The notes under the pieces are model-generated. The model was not told the origin of the DNA, did not search any database, and saw only the letters and a program-made list of their open reading frames with translations. The translations under genes and the position numbers were made by a program. This document shows, one piece after another, positions 1 through 8,932 of a stretch of DNA of 64,000 nt; the stretch's first letter is position 1, and each line of letters starts with the position of its first letter. This DNA is from an uncultured bacterium (GTDB lineage: Bacteria; Verrucomicrobiota; Kiritimatiellia; RFP12; CAIWXQ01): the NCBI GenBank assembly GCA_903916675.1, contig CAIWXQ010000002.1:24421-88420 (forward strand), given 5' to 3'.

Positions 1-870
1 GCAGGGCATGGTCAAAAGTTCCTGGCCATCGACAGCCCTGGCACCGGGGAAGCCGGCGAGCTTGCGCTGCTTGGCAAAGTAGGCCGCCAGCGCCGCCACA
101 TCGATGCCGTCCGGATTGTGCAGGCCGCCGCGCGCGTCGGCAATGCCGACTACCCGCACGCCGCGCTCGGCCAGCAGAAGGGCCGCCACACTACCGACGT
201 TGCCAAACCCTTGCACGATGGCCGTGGCGCCGGCCAGCTTGCCACCAAGCGCCACCATGGCCGCCGCCGTGGCGATGGCCACGCCGCGCCCGGTGGCCTC
301 GCGTCGGCCGGGGATGCCGCCCAGGATCACCGGTTTGCCCGTCACGTAGCACCCCTGCGTGGTGGCGTGGCCTAGCGAATAGGTGATGGTGTCCTTGATG
401 TGCCCCATGTCGCGCTCGTTCGTGCCCATGTCGGGCGCCGGCACGTAGATCAGCGGATGGATGTGACGCTGCGCGTTGCGCGTGAAGCTGCGGATGAGCG
501 TCTCCTTGTCATAGGACGAGAGGCTCTCGGCGTCCGCCACAATGCCGCTCTTGCCGCCGCCAAACGGCACGCCGATCAGCGCGCACTTCCAGGTCATCTC
601 CATGGCCAGCGCATTCACGTCGTCCAGCGTCACACCGGCGGTCATGCGAATGCCGCCCTTGCAGGGGCCCAGCGCGCTGGAGTGGTGGACGATAAAGGCG
701 TGGAAGACCCGCGACTTGCCGTCCGCGAGCTGCGGGGAAAGGATCAGCTCGCTGCGCTCCTGCGGCTGGTGCATCTTGTCCAGCAAATCCTCGGCGAATT
801 CTCCCTTGAGCAGAGCTGCCGTCCGGTTGTAGTTGGCCATCGCATGCGCCAGCAGTGTGTTCTCGCTCAT
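1..870 (-). CDS. Glu/Leu/Phe/Val dehydrogenase (glutamate dehydrogenase-like), N-terminal 290 codons; 3' end lies beyond the left window edge
   Basis: Reverse-strand ATG at 870-868. Translation MSENTLLAHAMANYNRTAALL...GPCKGGIRM...GVPFGGGKSGI...VQGFGNVGS carries the catalytic-Lys KGG motif and the Rossmann GxGxxG. Open to the window edge, so absent from the supplied ORF track. Confidence 0.8.
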   Translation of the reverse strand, partial: MSENTLLAHAMANYNRTAALLKGEFAEDLLDKMHQPQERSELILSPQLADGKSRVFHAFIVHHSSALGPCKGGIRMTAGVTLDDVNALAMEMTWKCALIGVPFGGGKSGIVADAESLSSYDKETLIRSFTRNAQRHIHPLIYVPAPDMGTNERDMGHIKDTITYSLGHATTQGCYVTGKPVILGGIPGRREATGRGVAIATAAAMVALGGKLAGATAIVQGFGNVGSVAALLLAERGVRVVGIADARGGLHNPDGIDVAALAAYFAKQRKLAGFPGARAVDGQELLTMPC

Positions 871-1904
871 GGCATCGATCTCCTTTTTTTGCGTTCGTCG
901 GGCGGCGGCGCGCACGATTCGCGCACCACGAGCTCCGGTCTCACTGCAAGGCTTTGCCTCTCCGCCGCCGGCAGCCAGCCGGCAGCCAGTTGAAACGCGC
1001 GCGCCGCCATGTCGGCAATCGGCGGCCGAATCGTGGTCAGCGCCGGCACGGCCAGGTGCGCGAAGGGAATGTCGTCTACACCCGCCAGCGACAGATCGCG
1101 CGGCACAGCCACGCCGCCTTCGTGAAGGGCGCGCAGCAGCGCCAGCGCCAGTGCATCGTCAGCCGCCACGACCGCGGTCGGCCGCGTGGCCGGGGTTCCG
1201 ACGCGGATTCGCCCCAGCGCTGCCAGCAGCGCCGCGGGCGACGTGTCCGCCGCCCGCGCGAACACTGCGGGGCGCGCCAAAATGCCGGCAGACGCCAGCG
1301 CGGCTTTCAGGGCGGCCTCGCGTCGCGCGTTGACCGGCGAGTCCAGGCCTAGATAACCGATCCGCCGGTGCCCCAGCTGCCGCAGGTAGGCCAGCAACTG
1401 GCTGAATCCCGCCACCTGCTCGACGCGCACCTGCGCCACGCCGTCGCCCTCCACGCCGTCGCCCAGGCGCACCACAGGCACGCCGCGCAGCAAGGCCTGC
1501 TCCAGCCCCATGGGCCGGAAATCGCTGCCGACCAGAATGATCCCGTCGAGCCGATAGCGGTTGAGAGGAAGCAGATCCGCCGCCTCACGCCCCTCCGATC
1601 CGCCGCCGGTCATCACCAGCGAATAATCCTCCGTCGTCGCCAGCCGCTGCAGCGCACCGACGATCGGGCCGAAGAACGGATCCGTGAAGTCCCGCACTAC
1701 CACGCCCAGCATGCGCGTGGCCCCGCCGCGCAGCGACAACGCCGCCACGTTGGGCGCATAGCCGCAGCGCGCGGCCTCCGCGCGGATCCGCCGGATCGTC
1801 TCCGGGTGCGCGCCGATACGCTCGGCCTGCCCCCGCAGCGCGCGCGACACGAGCGACGCCGAGACGCCCAGGCGCCGGGCAATGACCTTTTGCGTCGCGT
1901 GCAT
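867..1904 (-). CDS. LacI family transcriptional regulator
   Basis: 345-aa ORF. N-terminal HTH (ATQKVIARRLGVSASLVSRALRG) followed by a periplasmic-binding-protein-like sugar-binding fold. Its stop overlaps the dehydrogenase start by 4 nt. Confidence 0.85.
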   Translation of the reverse strand: MHATQKVIARRLGVSASLVSRALRGQAERIGAHPETIRRIRAEAARCGYAPNVAALSLRGGATRMLGVVVRDFTDPFFGPIVGALQRLATTEDYSLVMTGGGSEGREAADLLPLNRYRLDGIILVGSDFRPMGLEQALLRGVPVVRLGDGVEGDGVAQVRVEQVAGFSQLLAYLRQLGHRRIGYLGLDSPVNARREAALKAALASAGILARPAVFARAADTSPAALLAALGRIRVGTPATRPTAVVAADDALALALLRALHEGGVAVPRDLSLAGVDDIPFAHLAVPALTTIRPPIADMAARAFQLAAGWLPAAERQSLAVRPELVVRESCAPPPDERKKRRSMP

Positions 1905-1973
1905 GGAAAAGAAGCGTGCCAGAATGGACGGAAAACGTCAATCTCAATCGTGTGAGTCTGCGATACCAGGAAT

Positions 1974-2097
1974 GCGGGACACGAAGAAGAGGAAGGGGCC
2001 GCGAAGTGGCGCGAAGGATGCGTTTTCCGCGCGCCGCGCGGAATCGCCGATCCCCTTCGTGTTCTCCCCCGCCTTCTTCCTCTCCTTCGTGTCCCGC
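1974..2097. repeat. Imperfect inverted repeat (about 23-nt arms, 21/23 complementary) enclosing about 75 nt, in the metX-metW leader
   Basis: Left arm gcgggacacgaagaagaggaagg (1974-1996). The reverse complement of the right arm ccttcttcctctccttcgtgtcccgc (2072-2097) is gcgggacacgaaggagaggaagaagg. Followed by CCGCAC word repeats at 2093-2150. Confidence 0.6.
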
Positions 2098-2199
2098 ACT
2101 CCGCACACCGCACGCTGCACACCTCATTCCGCACTCCGCATTCCTTACTCGAAAGCCCCTCCTTGCTGTCCAGGCGGGCAACCAGCTAGAATCTCCGGC

Positions 2200-4053
2200 A
2201 TGCCGAAGAACGCAGCAGACCCGGTTCGTTCCGTGGGCGTTGTCGAGCCGCAGACGCTGCGGCTCCAACTCCCGGCAGGCAGCCTCCGGCTGGAGAAGGG
2301 CGGTGTGCTGCCTGAGATCGAGGTGGCCTACGAGCGCTGCGGCTGGCTCGCGCCGGACAAGAGCAACGTCATCTACATCTGCCACGCTCTCACCGGCGAC
2401 GCGCACGTGGCCGGCTGTCGGCCGGGTGAGACCCAACCCAGCGGCTGGTGGGAGGAGATGGTCGGCCCCGGCCGCGGCATCGACACCGACCACTACCATG
2501 TTGTCTGCGCCAACATGCTCGGCGGCTGCAAGGGGACCACCGGTCCCGGCTCGATCAACCCCGCCATGGGCAAGCCCTACGGATCGCAGTTCCCCCGCCT
2601 GACCGTGGGCGATATTGTCACCGTGCAGCGCCTCCTGCTGCAGCAACTCGGCATCGAGCGCGTGGCGGCGGTCATCGGCGGCAGCTTCGGCGGCATGCAA
2701 GCGATGGAATGGGCCATCCGATTCCCGGAGGCCATCGGCCGCGCCGTAGTCATCGCCTCCGCCTCCAGCCTTAATTCCCAGGCGCTGGCGTTCGACATCC
2801 TTGGCCGCCAGGCCGTTGTGCAGGATCCGGACTGGCAGAACGGCGATTATTACGGCACCGGCCGTGCGCCGGTGCGCGGCCTGGCGCAGGCCCGCAAGCT
2901 CGGGCACATCACCTATCTCTCGCAGCAGACGATGAAGGACAAGTTCGGCCGCGAGAAGCGCCCCGAGTGGCTCCAGGCCGACGCTGCCTTCCACGACGAA
3001 TCGCGCCGCACTTTCCGCTCCTATTTTCAGGTCGAGAGCTACCTCGAGCACCAGGCCGCAAAATTCATCGAGCGCTTCGACGCCAATTCGTACCTGCATA
3101 TCATCGAGGCCATGGACGAGTACGACCTCGAGGAGCGCTTCGGCTCGCTGAAGCAAGCCTTTGCGAACGTCCAAGCCCGCGTGTTGATCGTGGCGCTCAG
3201 CGGCGACTGGCTCTTCATGCCGGAACAGTCAGCAGATCTCGCCCGCGCGCTGCTTCAAGACCGCAAGCGCGTCACCTACTGCCACCTCGACGCCCCGGCC
3301 GGCCACGACGCCTTCCTGACACACATCGACAAGCTCCAGCACGTGCTCCACGCCTTTCTGCCGTGGGTCGGCCCGCGCCCCCCGTCCGGACGACAGAAGC
3401 CGCCGTCGCGCGCCACCGCGGAATACGACGCCGTCCTCGACCTGATTCCACCACGCAGCCGCGTGCTCGACCTCGGCTGCGGCGACGGCGCGCTGCTGTC
3501 GCGCCTGGAACAGGAACGCGGCACCCAGGGCGTCGGCGTGGAAATCGATGTCGAGTGCGTCATCCGCGCCACGGACAACGGCCACGACGTGTTGCTGGAG
3601 GATATTGACGACGGCCTGGCCATGATCCCGGACGATGCCTTTGACGTGGCGGTGCTGAGCGAAACCCTGCAGGTCGTGCGCCGGCCTCGCTTCGTGCTGC
3701 AGCAGATCCTGCGCGTGGCTCGCGAGGCCATCGTCACCTTCCCCAACTTCGGCTACGCGCTGGTCCGCGCCCAACTGCTCCTCTCCGGCCGCATGCCCAA
3801 GGGCGGCCAGTTGCCGTTCGAATGGTACGACACGCCCAACATCCACCTCTTCACACTCAATGACTTCCTCGCGCTCTGCCGCGCGGACGGCATTGCCGTG
3901 CAGGAGGTCCGCGCCCTCCCCGGCGGCCCGTGCAGCCGCGCGCTGCTGGCGCTAGGCCTGCGCAACCTGGGCGCGGAACGGGTCATTGTACGGATCGCAA
4001 GAGGCGCTGTCAGTGGCTTAAGCCCTGAAACAGTAGTGACCAGTAATCAGTAA
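2200..4053 (+). CDS. metX: Homoserine O-acetyltransferase MetX fused to a MetW-like methyltransferase-fold domain
   Basis: I chose the internal ATG at 2200 (MPKNAADPVRSVGVVEPQ...). The region upstream in the 1882 ORF is repeat-derived. The N-terminal 370 aa or so is an alpha/beta-hydrolase MetX (ICHALTGDAH, GGSFGGMQA). The C-terminal 200 aa or so is MetW-like (VLDLGCGDGALL...FPNFGYALVRAQLLLSGRMP). Confidence 0.85.
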   Translation: MPKNAADPVRSVGVVEPQTLRLQLPAGSLRLEKGGVLPEIEVAYERCGWLAPDKSNVIYICHALTGDAHVAGCRPGETQPSGWWEEMVGPGRGIDTDHYHVVCANMLGGCKGTTGPGSINPAMGKPYGSQFPRLTVGDIVTVQRLLLQQLGIERVAAVIGGSFGGMQAMEWAIRFPEAIGRAVVIASASSLNSQALAFDILGRQAVVQDPDWQNGDYYGTGRAPVRGLAQARKLGHITYLSQQTMKDKFGREKRPEWLQADAAFHDESRRTFRSYFQVESYLEHQAAKFIERFDANSYLHIIEAMDEYDLEERFGSLKQAFANVQARVLIVALSGDWLFMPEQSADLARALLQDRKRVTYCHLDAPAGHDAFLTHIDKLQHVLHAFLPWVGPRPPSGRQKPPSRATAEYDAVLDLIPPRSRVLDLGCGDGALLSRLEQERGTQGVGVEIDVECVIRATDNGHDVLLEDIDDGLAMIPDDAFDVAVLSETLQVVRRPRFVLQQILRVAREAIVTFPNFGYALVRAQLLLSGRMPKGGQLPFEWYDTPNIHLFTLNDFLALCRADGIAVQEVRALPGGPCSRALLALGLRNLGAERVIVRIARGAVSGLSPETVVTSNQ

Positions 4054-4130
4054 TCAGTTCAAATCGTTGTTTTATTCTGTAAATGCCAACGAAGCACACT
4101 GAGCACTGGTGACTGTTCACTGATCACTCG
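4031..4130. repeat. Word-built imperfect hairpin element (cagtaatcagtaatcagt / cactgatcact arms, AT-rich loop)
   Basis: Left arm 4031-4058 overlaps the last 7 codons of metX-metW (VVTSNQ*). Right arm 4095-4130 (cacactgagcactggtgactgttcactgatcactcg) is partly complementary. The loop contains ttgttttattctg. Confidence 0.5.
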
Positions 4131-4163
4131 CTCGCTGAGGAACAAGGAACGGGGAAAAAGACC

Positions 4164-5129
4164 ATGGAAACCTGGATCAAAAAATATCTCCCCCGCCTCG
4201 TAAGCAACCTCTCCCCCTGCGGCAACTGCCCGGTGGTGAACACGGCCAAGGCATTCAACCTCCCCGGCCAGAAGGCCGTGGTGGAACTGCTAGAAAACCT
4301 CGTGGCCATGATCTTCCCCGGCTGCCACGGCCACGCGCCGGTCGCCGCGGAAACCGTCGAGGACTTGATGCGCCGCACGCTGGCTGACACCGCCGTGCGC
4401 CTGCGCGACCAGGTGCAGCGCGCCTTTGCCTATCAGTGCAAATTCGACCGCTGCCGCAACTGCGGCGACTGCCGCAAGCGGGCCACCCGGGCTGTAACCG
4501 CCCTGCTCGACCGTCTCCCCGCCATCCGCGCCGTCCTGCAGGAGGACATCCTGGCCGCGTACGAGGGCGATCCCGCCGCGCGCTCCACCATGGAGATCGT
4601 GATGAGCTACCCCGGCGTGTACGCCATCACGGTCCACCGCATCGCGCACGAGCTCTACCGTGAGCAGGTGCCGCTGATCCCGCGCGTTCTGAGCGAATAC
4701 GCCCATGCCCGCACCGGCATCGACATCCATCCCGGCGCGCAGATCGGACCGGGGTTCTTCATTGATCACGGCACCGGCGTCGTGATCGGCGAGACCACAA
4801 TCATCGGTCGCCGCGTCAAACTCTACCAGGGTGTCACTCTCAGCGCGCTGAGCTTTGCCAAGGATGCCAAGGGCCACCTGATCAAGGGGGTCAAGCGCCA
4901 CCCGAACGTGGAGGACCACGTCGTCATCTACGCTGGCGCCACCATCCTCGGCGGCGAAACCACTATCGGCCACGATTCGACCATCGGCGCCAACGTCTGG
5001 CTCATCCACTCCGTGCCCCCCCGCTCCACGGTCTACAACCAGGAACCCCAGCCGTACATCAAGCCCCGCAAGCCGACGCAGGCAAAGAACAAGAAAGTGC
5101 GGACACAGAGAGCACAGAGGATGCTGTAG
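4164..5129 (+). CDS. cysE: Serine O-acetyltransferase (long form)
   Basis: 321 aa. Left-handed beta-helix hexapeptide repeats ([31 protein letters not shown]...) and SAT N-terminal helical region. The last 9 codons or so (RTQRAQRML*) lie inside a repeat arm. Confidence 0.85.
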   Translation: METWIKKYLPRLVSNLSPCGNCPVVNTAKAFNLPGQKAVVELLENLVAMIFPGCHGHAPVAAETVEDLMRRTLADTAVRLRDQVQRAFAYQCKFDRCRNCGDCRKRATRAVTALLDRLPAIRAVLQEDILAAYEGDPAARSTMEIVMSYPGVYAITVHRIAHELYREQVPLIPRVLSEYAHARTGIDIHPGAQIGPGFFIDHGTGVVIGETTIIGRRVKLYQGVTLSALSFAKDAKGHLIKGVKRHPNVEDHVVIYAGATILGGETTIGHDSTIGANVWLIHSVPPRSTVYNQEPQPYIKPRKPTQAKNKKVRTQRAQRML

Positions 5130-5198
5130 CCGCGGCCGCTGGCCGCGGGTGCCTTTTCCCCTCTGTGTCCTCATCTCTTCTCTGTGCCCTCTGTGTCC
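5101..5198. repeat. Inverted repeat, 18/20 complementary arms (ggacacagagagcacagagg / tctctgtgccctctgtgtcc)
   Basis: Arms at 5101-5120 and 5179-5198. An extra ctctgtgtcc copy lies at 5161-5170. An internal GC hairpin is at 5131-5147. Confidence 0.7.
5131..5160 (+). terminator. Candidate intrinsic terminator after cysE
   Basis: 7-bp GC stem cgcggcc-gct-ggccgcg (5131-5147) followed by ggtgccttttccc. The T-tract is short. Confidence 0.4.
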
Positions 5199-5220
5199 AA
5201 AACCCCGGCCCATCCCATCC

Positions 5221-5970
5221 ATGAACACTGCCCCCTCATCCCCTGTTGCGCCGGAAGTCTCTGTTGTGCTGCCGGTCTATAACGAGGAAGCCTGCATCGA
5301 CAGCGTGCTCGATGAGCTCTTGGGCGTTCTTGACGCCAGACTCGGCCGCGCCTACGAGGTGCTCGCCGTGGACGACGGCTCCACGGACCGCACGCCCGCG
5401 CTCCTGCGCGGGCAAGCCGCGCGCCGCGGAAACCTGCGCGTGCTGCGCCTCACGCCCAACGCCGGCCAGAGCGCCGCGTTCTGCGCCGGTTTCCGCGCCG
5501 CGCGCGGCAACATCGTCGTGACCCTCGACGCCGACGGCCAGAACGATCCCGCTGACATCCCCAGTGTAGTGGCGCGCATTTCCCCTGACGTGGACTGCTG
5601 CTGCGGGTATCGCGCCAAGCGCATGGACATTGCCAGCAAGCGCTGGGGGAGCCGGCTGGCCAACGCCGTGCGCAACCGCGCCCTCGGCGAGGAAATTATC
5701 GACACGGGCTGCTCGGTCAAGGCATTCAAGGCCGTGTTCGTGCGCACGCTCCAGCCGTGGGACGGCCTGCACCGGTTCTTCACCAGCTTCGTGGCCATGC
5801 AGGGCGGCCGCATCGTCCAGATCCCGGTCAACCACCGCACCCGCTCCGCCGGAACCAGCAAATACACCAACTGGCGGCGGCTGCAAAAGACCATCCGTGA
5901 CCTCCGCGGCGTCGTTTGGCTCAAGAGCCGCACCCGGCGCTGCACCGTAACGGAAGTAACCCGCGGGTAA
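5221..5970 (+). CDS. Family 2 glycosyltransferase (polyprenol-phosphate glycosyltransferase-like)
   Basis: I chose the ATG at 5221 (MNTAPSSP...VSVVLPVYNEE...AVDDGSTDRT...TLDADGQND). The upstream extension from 5149 (LCVLISSLCPLCP) is repeat-encoded. Confidence 0.8.
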   Translation: MNTAPSSPVAPEVSVVLPVYNEEACIDSVLDELLGVLDARLGRAYEVLAVDDGSTDRTPALLRGQAARRGNLRVLRLTPNAGQSAAFCAGFRAARGNIVVTLDADGQNDPADIPSVVARISPDVDCCCGYRAKRMDIASKRWGSRLANAVRNRALGEEIIDTGCSVKAFKAVFVRTLQPWDGLHRFFTSFVAMQGGRIVQIPVNHRTRSAGTSKYTNWRRLQKTIRDLRGVVWLKSRTRRCTVTEVTRG

Positions 5971-5983
5971 GAAGATTTCTCAC

Positions 5984-6182
5984 CGCGAAGAGCGCGAAGG
6001 TGCGCGAAGGAATTTTGGCCCGCGCGGAGGCGCCAAGGCGCGAAGAGTTCCGGTAGGGCGGGGCCGCCGTTGCGTTTGATTTACTTCAAAACTCAACACT
6101 CTGCGGTTCGAGACCGTCGATCCCGATAGCGGTCCCGATTTCGACAGAGTTCTCTGTGCCCTCCTCTTTCCTCTGTGTCCGC
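5984..6182. repeat. Composite word-repeat tract: CGCGAAG words (5984-6047) plus a CTCTGTG arm (6150-6182)
   Basis: ccgcgaagagcgcgaaggtgcgcgaagga and ggcgcgaagag. The arm 6150-6182 (ttctctgtgccctc[ctctttcc]tctgtgtccgc) is a same-orientation copy of the arm at 5178-5198. Confidence 0.55.
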
Positions 6183-6240
6183 ATTCCATCTGTATTCTTC
6201 CACCTTCCACCAGTCACCTGCTCTGCGCTATCCTGCTTGC

Positions 6241-6921
6241 ATGGCCGATGCCCCACAGGCGACCGACGCCTCGTTGCCCGAAAAGCCGCTCTGGCGGCGC
6301 CTGGCGCCATTTCTGGCGCTGTCGCTGCTCTTCGCAGGGCTGGGCGCGGTTCCGGCGGTGCGGCAGCATCTGAAGCTCGAAGACATTCGGCAGTACGCCC
6401 ATGACCTCGGCGCATGGGCGCCGTTGGCGATCGCTCTCTTTGCAACCGTCTCGCCGCTGGCCTTCATCCCGCGTGCGCCGATCGCCATCCTCTGCGGCCT
6501 GCTCTACGGCGTGGGACTCGGCTCGCTGCTGGCCAACATTGCCTCGCTGCTCGGCGCATGGCTGCAGTTCCGGCTCGCACGCCACGCCCTCGGCCATGCC
6601 GGGCAGCGCCACCCCGTGGCCGTTCGCTGGCGGCAGGCGCTGGCCGACCCGCACACCGCCTTCCTCTCGCTCTTCCTCCTGCGCGCGTTCCCGCTCTCAA
6701 ACTTCACCGCCACTAACATTCTCGCCGGCGCGCTCGGCATGCGCGGCCGCGTCTACCTCGGCGCCACCTTCCTTGGCATGATCCCCTCCACCCTCTTCTA
6801 CGCCGGCTGCGGCAAGCTCATGCGCCAGCCGTCTCCCGGGTTCTACCTGCTGGTGGGCGGACTCTTCCTGGTCATGCTCCTTGGGACGCTGCTCGCCCGG
6901 CGCTGGCGCTTGGGACGATGA
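6241..6921 (+). CDS. TVP38/TMEM64 (DedA-related, SNARE-associated) family membrane protein
   Basis: ATG at 6241 (MADAPQATD...). Multi-pass hydrophobic protein with the pattern ...FIPRAPIAILCGLLYG...LLRAFPLSNFTATNILAGA. Confidence 0.75.
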   Translation: MADAPQATDASLPEKPLWRRLAPFLALSLLFAGLGAVPAVRQHLKLEDIRQYAHDLGAWAPLAIALFATVSPLAFIPRAPIAILCGLLYGVGLGSLLANIASLLGAWLQFRLARHALGHAGQRHPVAVRWRQALADPHTAFLSLFLLRAFPLSNFTATNILAGALGMRGRVYLGATFLGMIPSTLFYAGCGKLMRQPSPGFYLLVGGLFLVMLLGTLLARRWRLGR

Positions 6922-6928
6922 CAAGGGT

Positions 6929-7026
6929 TGTGGACACAGAGATCGCAGAGGAGATTGAGCACACAGAGGGCCAACCCGGAAAGACTCCCCGTGTTCTTCT
7001 CCCGGTTCGGCGGCCTCTTTGTCCAC
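6929..7026. repeat. Word-built imperfect hairpin (gtggacacagagatcgcagaggagattgagcacacagaggg ... cctctttgtccac)
   Basis: Contains GGACACAGAG at 6932-6941 in the opposite orientation to the copy at 6171-6180. A weak partner arm lies at 7014-7026. Confidence 0.5.
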
Positions 7027-7141
7027 CCCCGCATCTCTCGTTTCCCAGTGACTTCCCACTCTGCGGGGAGTATTCTATGAAGCGATCTCGGCGTGCGCCA
7101 CAGAAGCCGGCGCGACCGGATCAGAGGGAGGACAGAGCATC

Positions 7142-8281
7142 ATGAAGCGGACACAGATGGCGGGTGTGGTGTTGTTGGCGGGTCTGCTGCTGACCAGCGG
7201 CTGCTCGGGGTGGCTGGCCAAGCGCGCCCTGGAGCGCGGCACCGCCGCGATGAAGCAGGGCAACTACAAGGTCGCCGCCGAGAAGTTCGAGCGGGCGGCA
7301 CGCACGATCGTGGATTCGCCCGACCTCTACTACAACCTCGGCAAGTGCTACCTGCAGCTCGACAACCTCGACGCCGCGCAGAAAAACTTCCAGGCCGCCC
7401 TGAACCTGAAGAAGGATGACCTCGACTCCCTGGTCAGCCTCGGCGATATCCTCCTCAAGCGCCAGAAGTGGGACGAGGCCGCCGCCCTGTACGAGACCGC
7501 CAGCCAAGGGATGCCGGCCAATGCCGCGCTGCTGACGTCGCTGGCCAAGGCCGCCGCGGGCGCCGGCCGCACTGACGCCGCACGCATCTACCTCATCCGC
7601 GCCCTGCGCATTGACCCGAGCTGTGCGCCGGCCGCCTATGACCTCGCCTGCCTCTATCGCGACGTCTACCTGCTGCCGGCTGAGTCGATCGCGCTGTTCG
7701 AGGCGTTTCTCCGCACTGCAGACGCCCACAACCCGCACGCCACCGTGGCCCGCGAAAAGATCCTGCAACTCAAGCAGGTGCTCGCCCGCCAGGCGCCGCA
7801 GGTGGCCAAGCGCGACCCCGCCGCAGCCCTCAAGCTTGTGGCCGAAGGCGACAAGCAGCGCATTGCCAAGCTGGCGGCCAAGGCGGAGAAGGCCTACCGC
7901 GATGCTCTGAATGCCGACCCGCTCTGCCAGGACGCCGCATTCAACCTCGCGCTGCTGCTCAAGGCCAAGAACAACCAGTCCGAGGCGCTGAAGTTGCTGC
8001 TGCGCGCCTCCGCCATGGAGCCGCTGCGTCAGGCCACCCTGCTCGAGTCGGCCCAGACCGCCCTCGCACTCAAGGATTACGTTGCCGCCGGCCGCATGCT
8101 TGACCGCGTGATCGCCACGTCCCCCTCGTTCGCGCCCGCCTACGCCTCCATGGCCATCGTACGCCTGTACCAAGGGCAGAAGGCTGCGGCGCGCGTCTAC
8201 GCAGAGCAATATGTGCGCCTGGCACCGCCGGGACCGGATCGCGACCGGTATGAGGCCTGGGCCAGGACGCTGCCGCGCTGA
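7142..8281 (+). CDS. TPR-repeat lipoprotein
   Basis: 379 aa. Lipobox LLLTSGC after a signal peptide. Repeated 34-aa A/L/Y-rich TPR-like units. Confidence 0.75.
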   Translation: MKRTQMAGVVLLAGLLLTSGCSGWLAKRALERGTAAMKQGNYKVAAEKFERAARTIVDSPDLYYNLGKCYLQLDNLDAAQKNFQAALNLKKDDLDSLVSLGDILLKRQKWDEAAALYETASQGMPANAALLTSLAKAAAGAGRTDAARIYLIRALRIDPSCAPAAYDLACLYRDVYLLPAESIALFEAFLRTADAHNPHATVAREKILQLKQVLARQAPQVAKRDPAAALKLVAEGDKQRIAKLAAKAEKAYRDALNADPLCQDAAFNLALLLKAKNNQSEALKLLLRASAMEPLRQATLLESAQTALALKDYVAAGRMLDRVIATSPSFAPAYASMAIVRLYQGQKAAARVYAEQYVRLAPPGPDRDRYEAWARTLPR

Positions 8282-8304
8282 GACCCGCGCGCAGGAGACC
8301 GGCC

Positions 8305-8895
8305 ATGAGCATGGACTTCAGCAGCCTGCCGGCCGAGGACTGGGTGGACATCGCCTGCGCCACGGTCACGCTCCTCAGCGTCGGGCTGAGCGCCTGGCGC
8401 GGGCTCTCCTTCGAACTTCCCATCGGCGTCGGGTGGCTTTGCGGCGCACTGGCAGCCTGGTATGCCTATGCCCCGATCCACCGTTTTTATGCGGGGCTTT
8501 CCGCCCTGCAAGACCAGCCCGAATTCCTGTTCCTCGCAACGGCAATCTCCGCGGCCCTGCTGGCTGGCGGGGTGGCGGCGCTGGTCTCGCGCCTGTTGCG
8601 CCTGATCGCCGTGCGCGTCGGAAAGACCGGCGCCGACCACGTGCTCGGCGCCGTGGTGGGACTCGGCCGCGCCTTCTTCCTCCTGTTGACTGCCACGGCT
8701 GCCCTGTTGATCCAGACCTGGTGGAAGAGCGGCCAGGAAATTTTCTGTGATCGCTCGCAGACCGGCCAGCTCTTCACACCGCTGGCTGCCCGCGTCCTAG
8801 CGCTTGTACATCAGGTCCATCCGCATTTCGAAATCCACCGCCTGCCAAACGACTTGGGGGACAGAAGCCCCTACACCCCGCCCGCATCCCGCTAA
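8305..8895 (+). CDS. CvpA-family membrane protein (tentative)
   Basis: 196 aa with about 4 TM helices and the typical WRG...GL layout. This is a pattern-level call only. Confidence 0.55.
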   Translation: MSMDFSSLPAEDWVDIACATVTLLSVGLSAWRGLSFELPIGVGWLCGALAAWYAYAPIHRFYAGLSALQDQPEFLFLATAISAALLAGGVAALVSRLLRLIAVRVGKTGADHVLGAVVGLGRAFFLLLTATAALLIQTWWKSGQEIFCDRSQTGQLFTPLAARVLALVHQVHPHFEIHRLPNDLGDRSPYTPPASR

Positions 8896-8932
8896 CCAGC
8901 TGTCCGGCGCCCGATCAAAGCAGCCATTCCGC

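Noticed and set aside
1882-2199. Upstream extension of the metX-metW ORF (start at 1882). The extension of the GT2 ORF from 5149 is a similar case.
   Set aside because: The extensions are encoded by the intergenic word-repeat elements (for example LCVLISSLCPLCP). They lack similarity to the protein families, and conserved N-termini begin at the internal ATGs 2200 and 5221.
1905-2199. SAM riboswitch upstream of metX-metW.
   Set aside because: I could not find the conserved SAM-I, SAM-II or SAM-V cores by eye. I kept this only as an open question in the findings rather than annotating a riboswitch.
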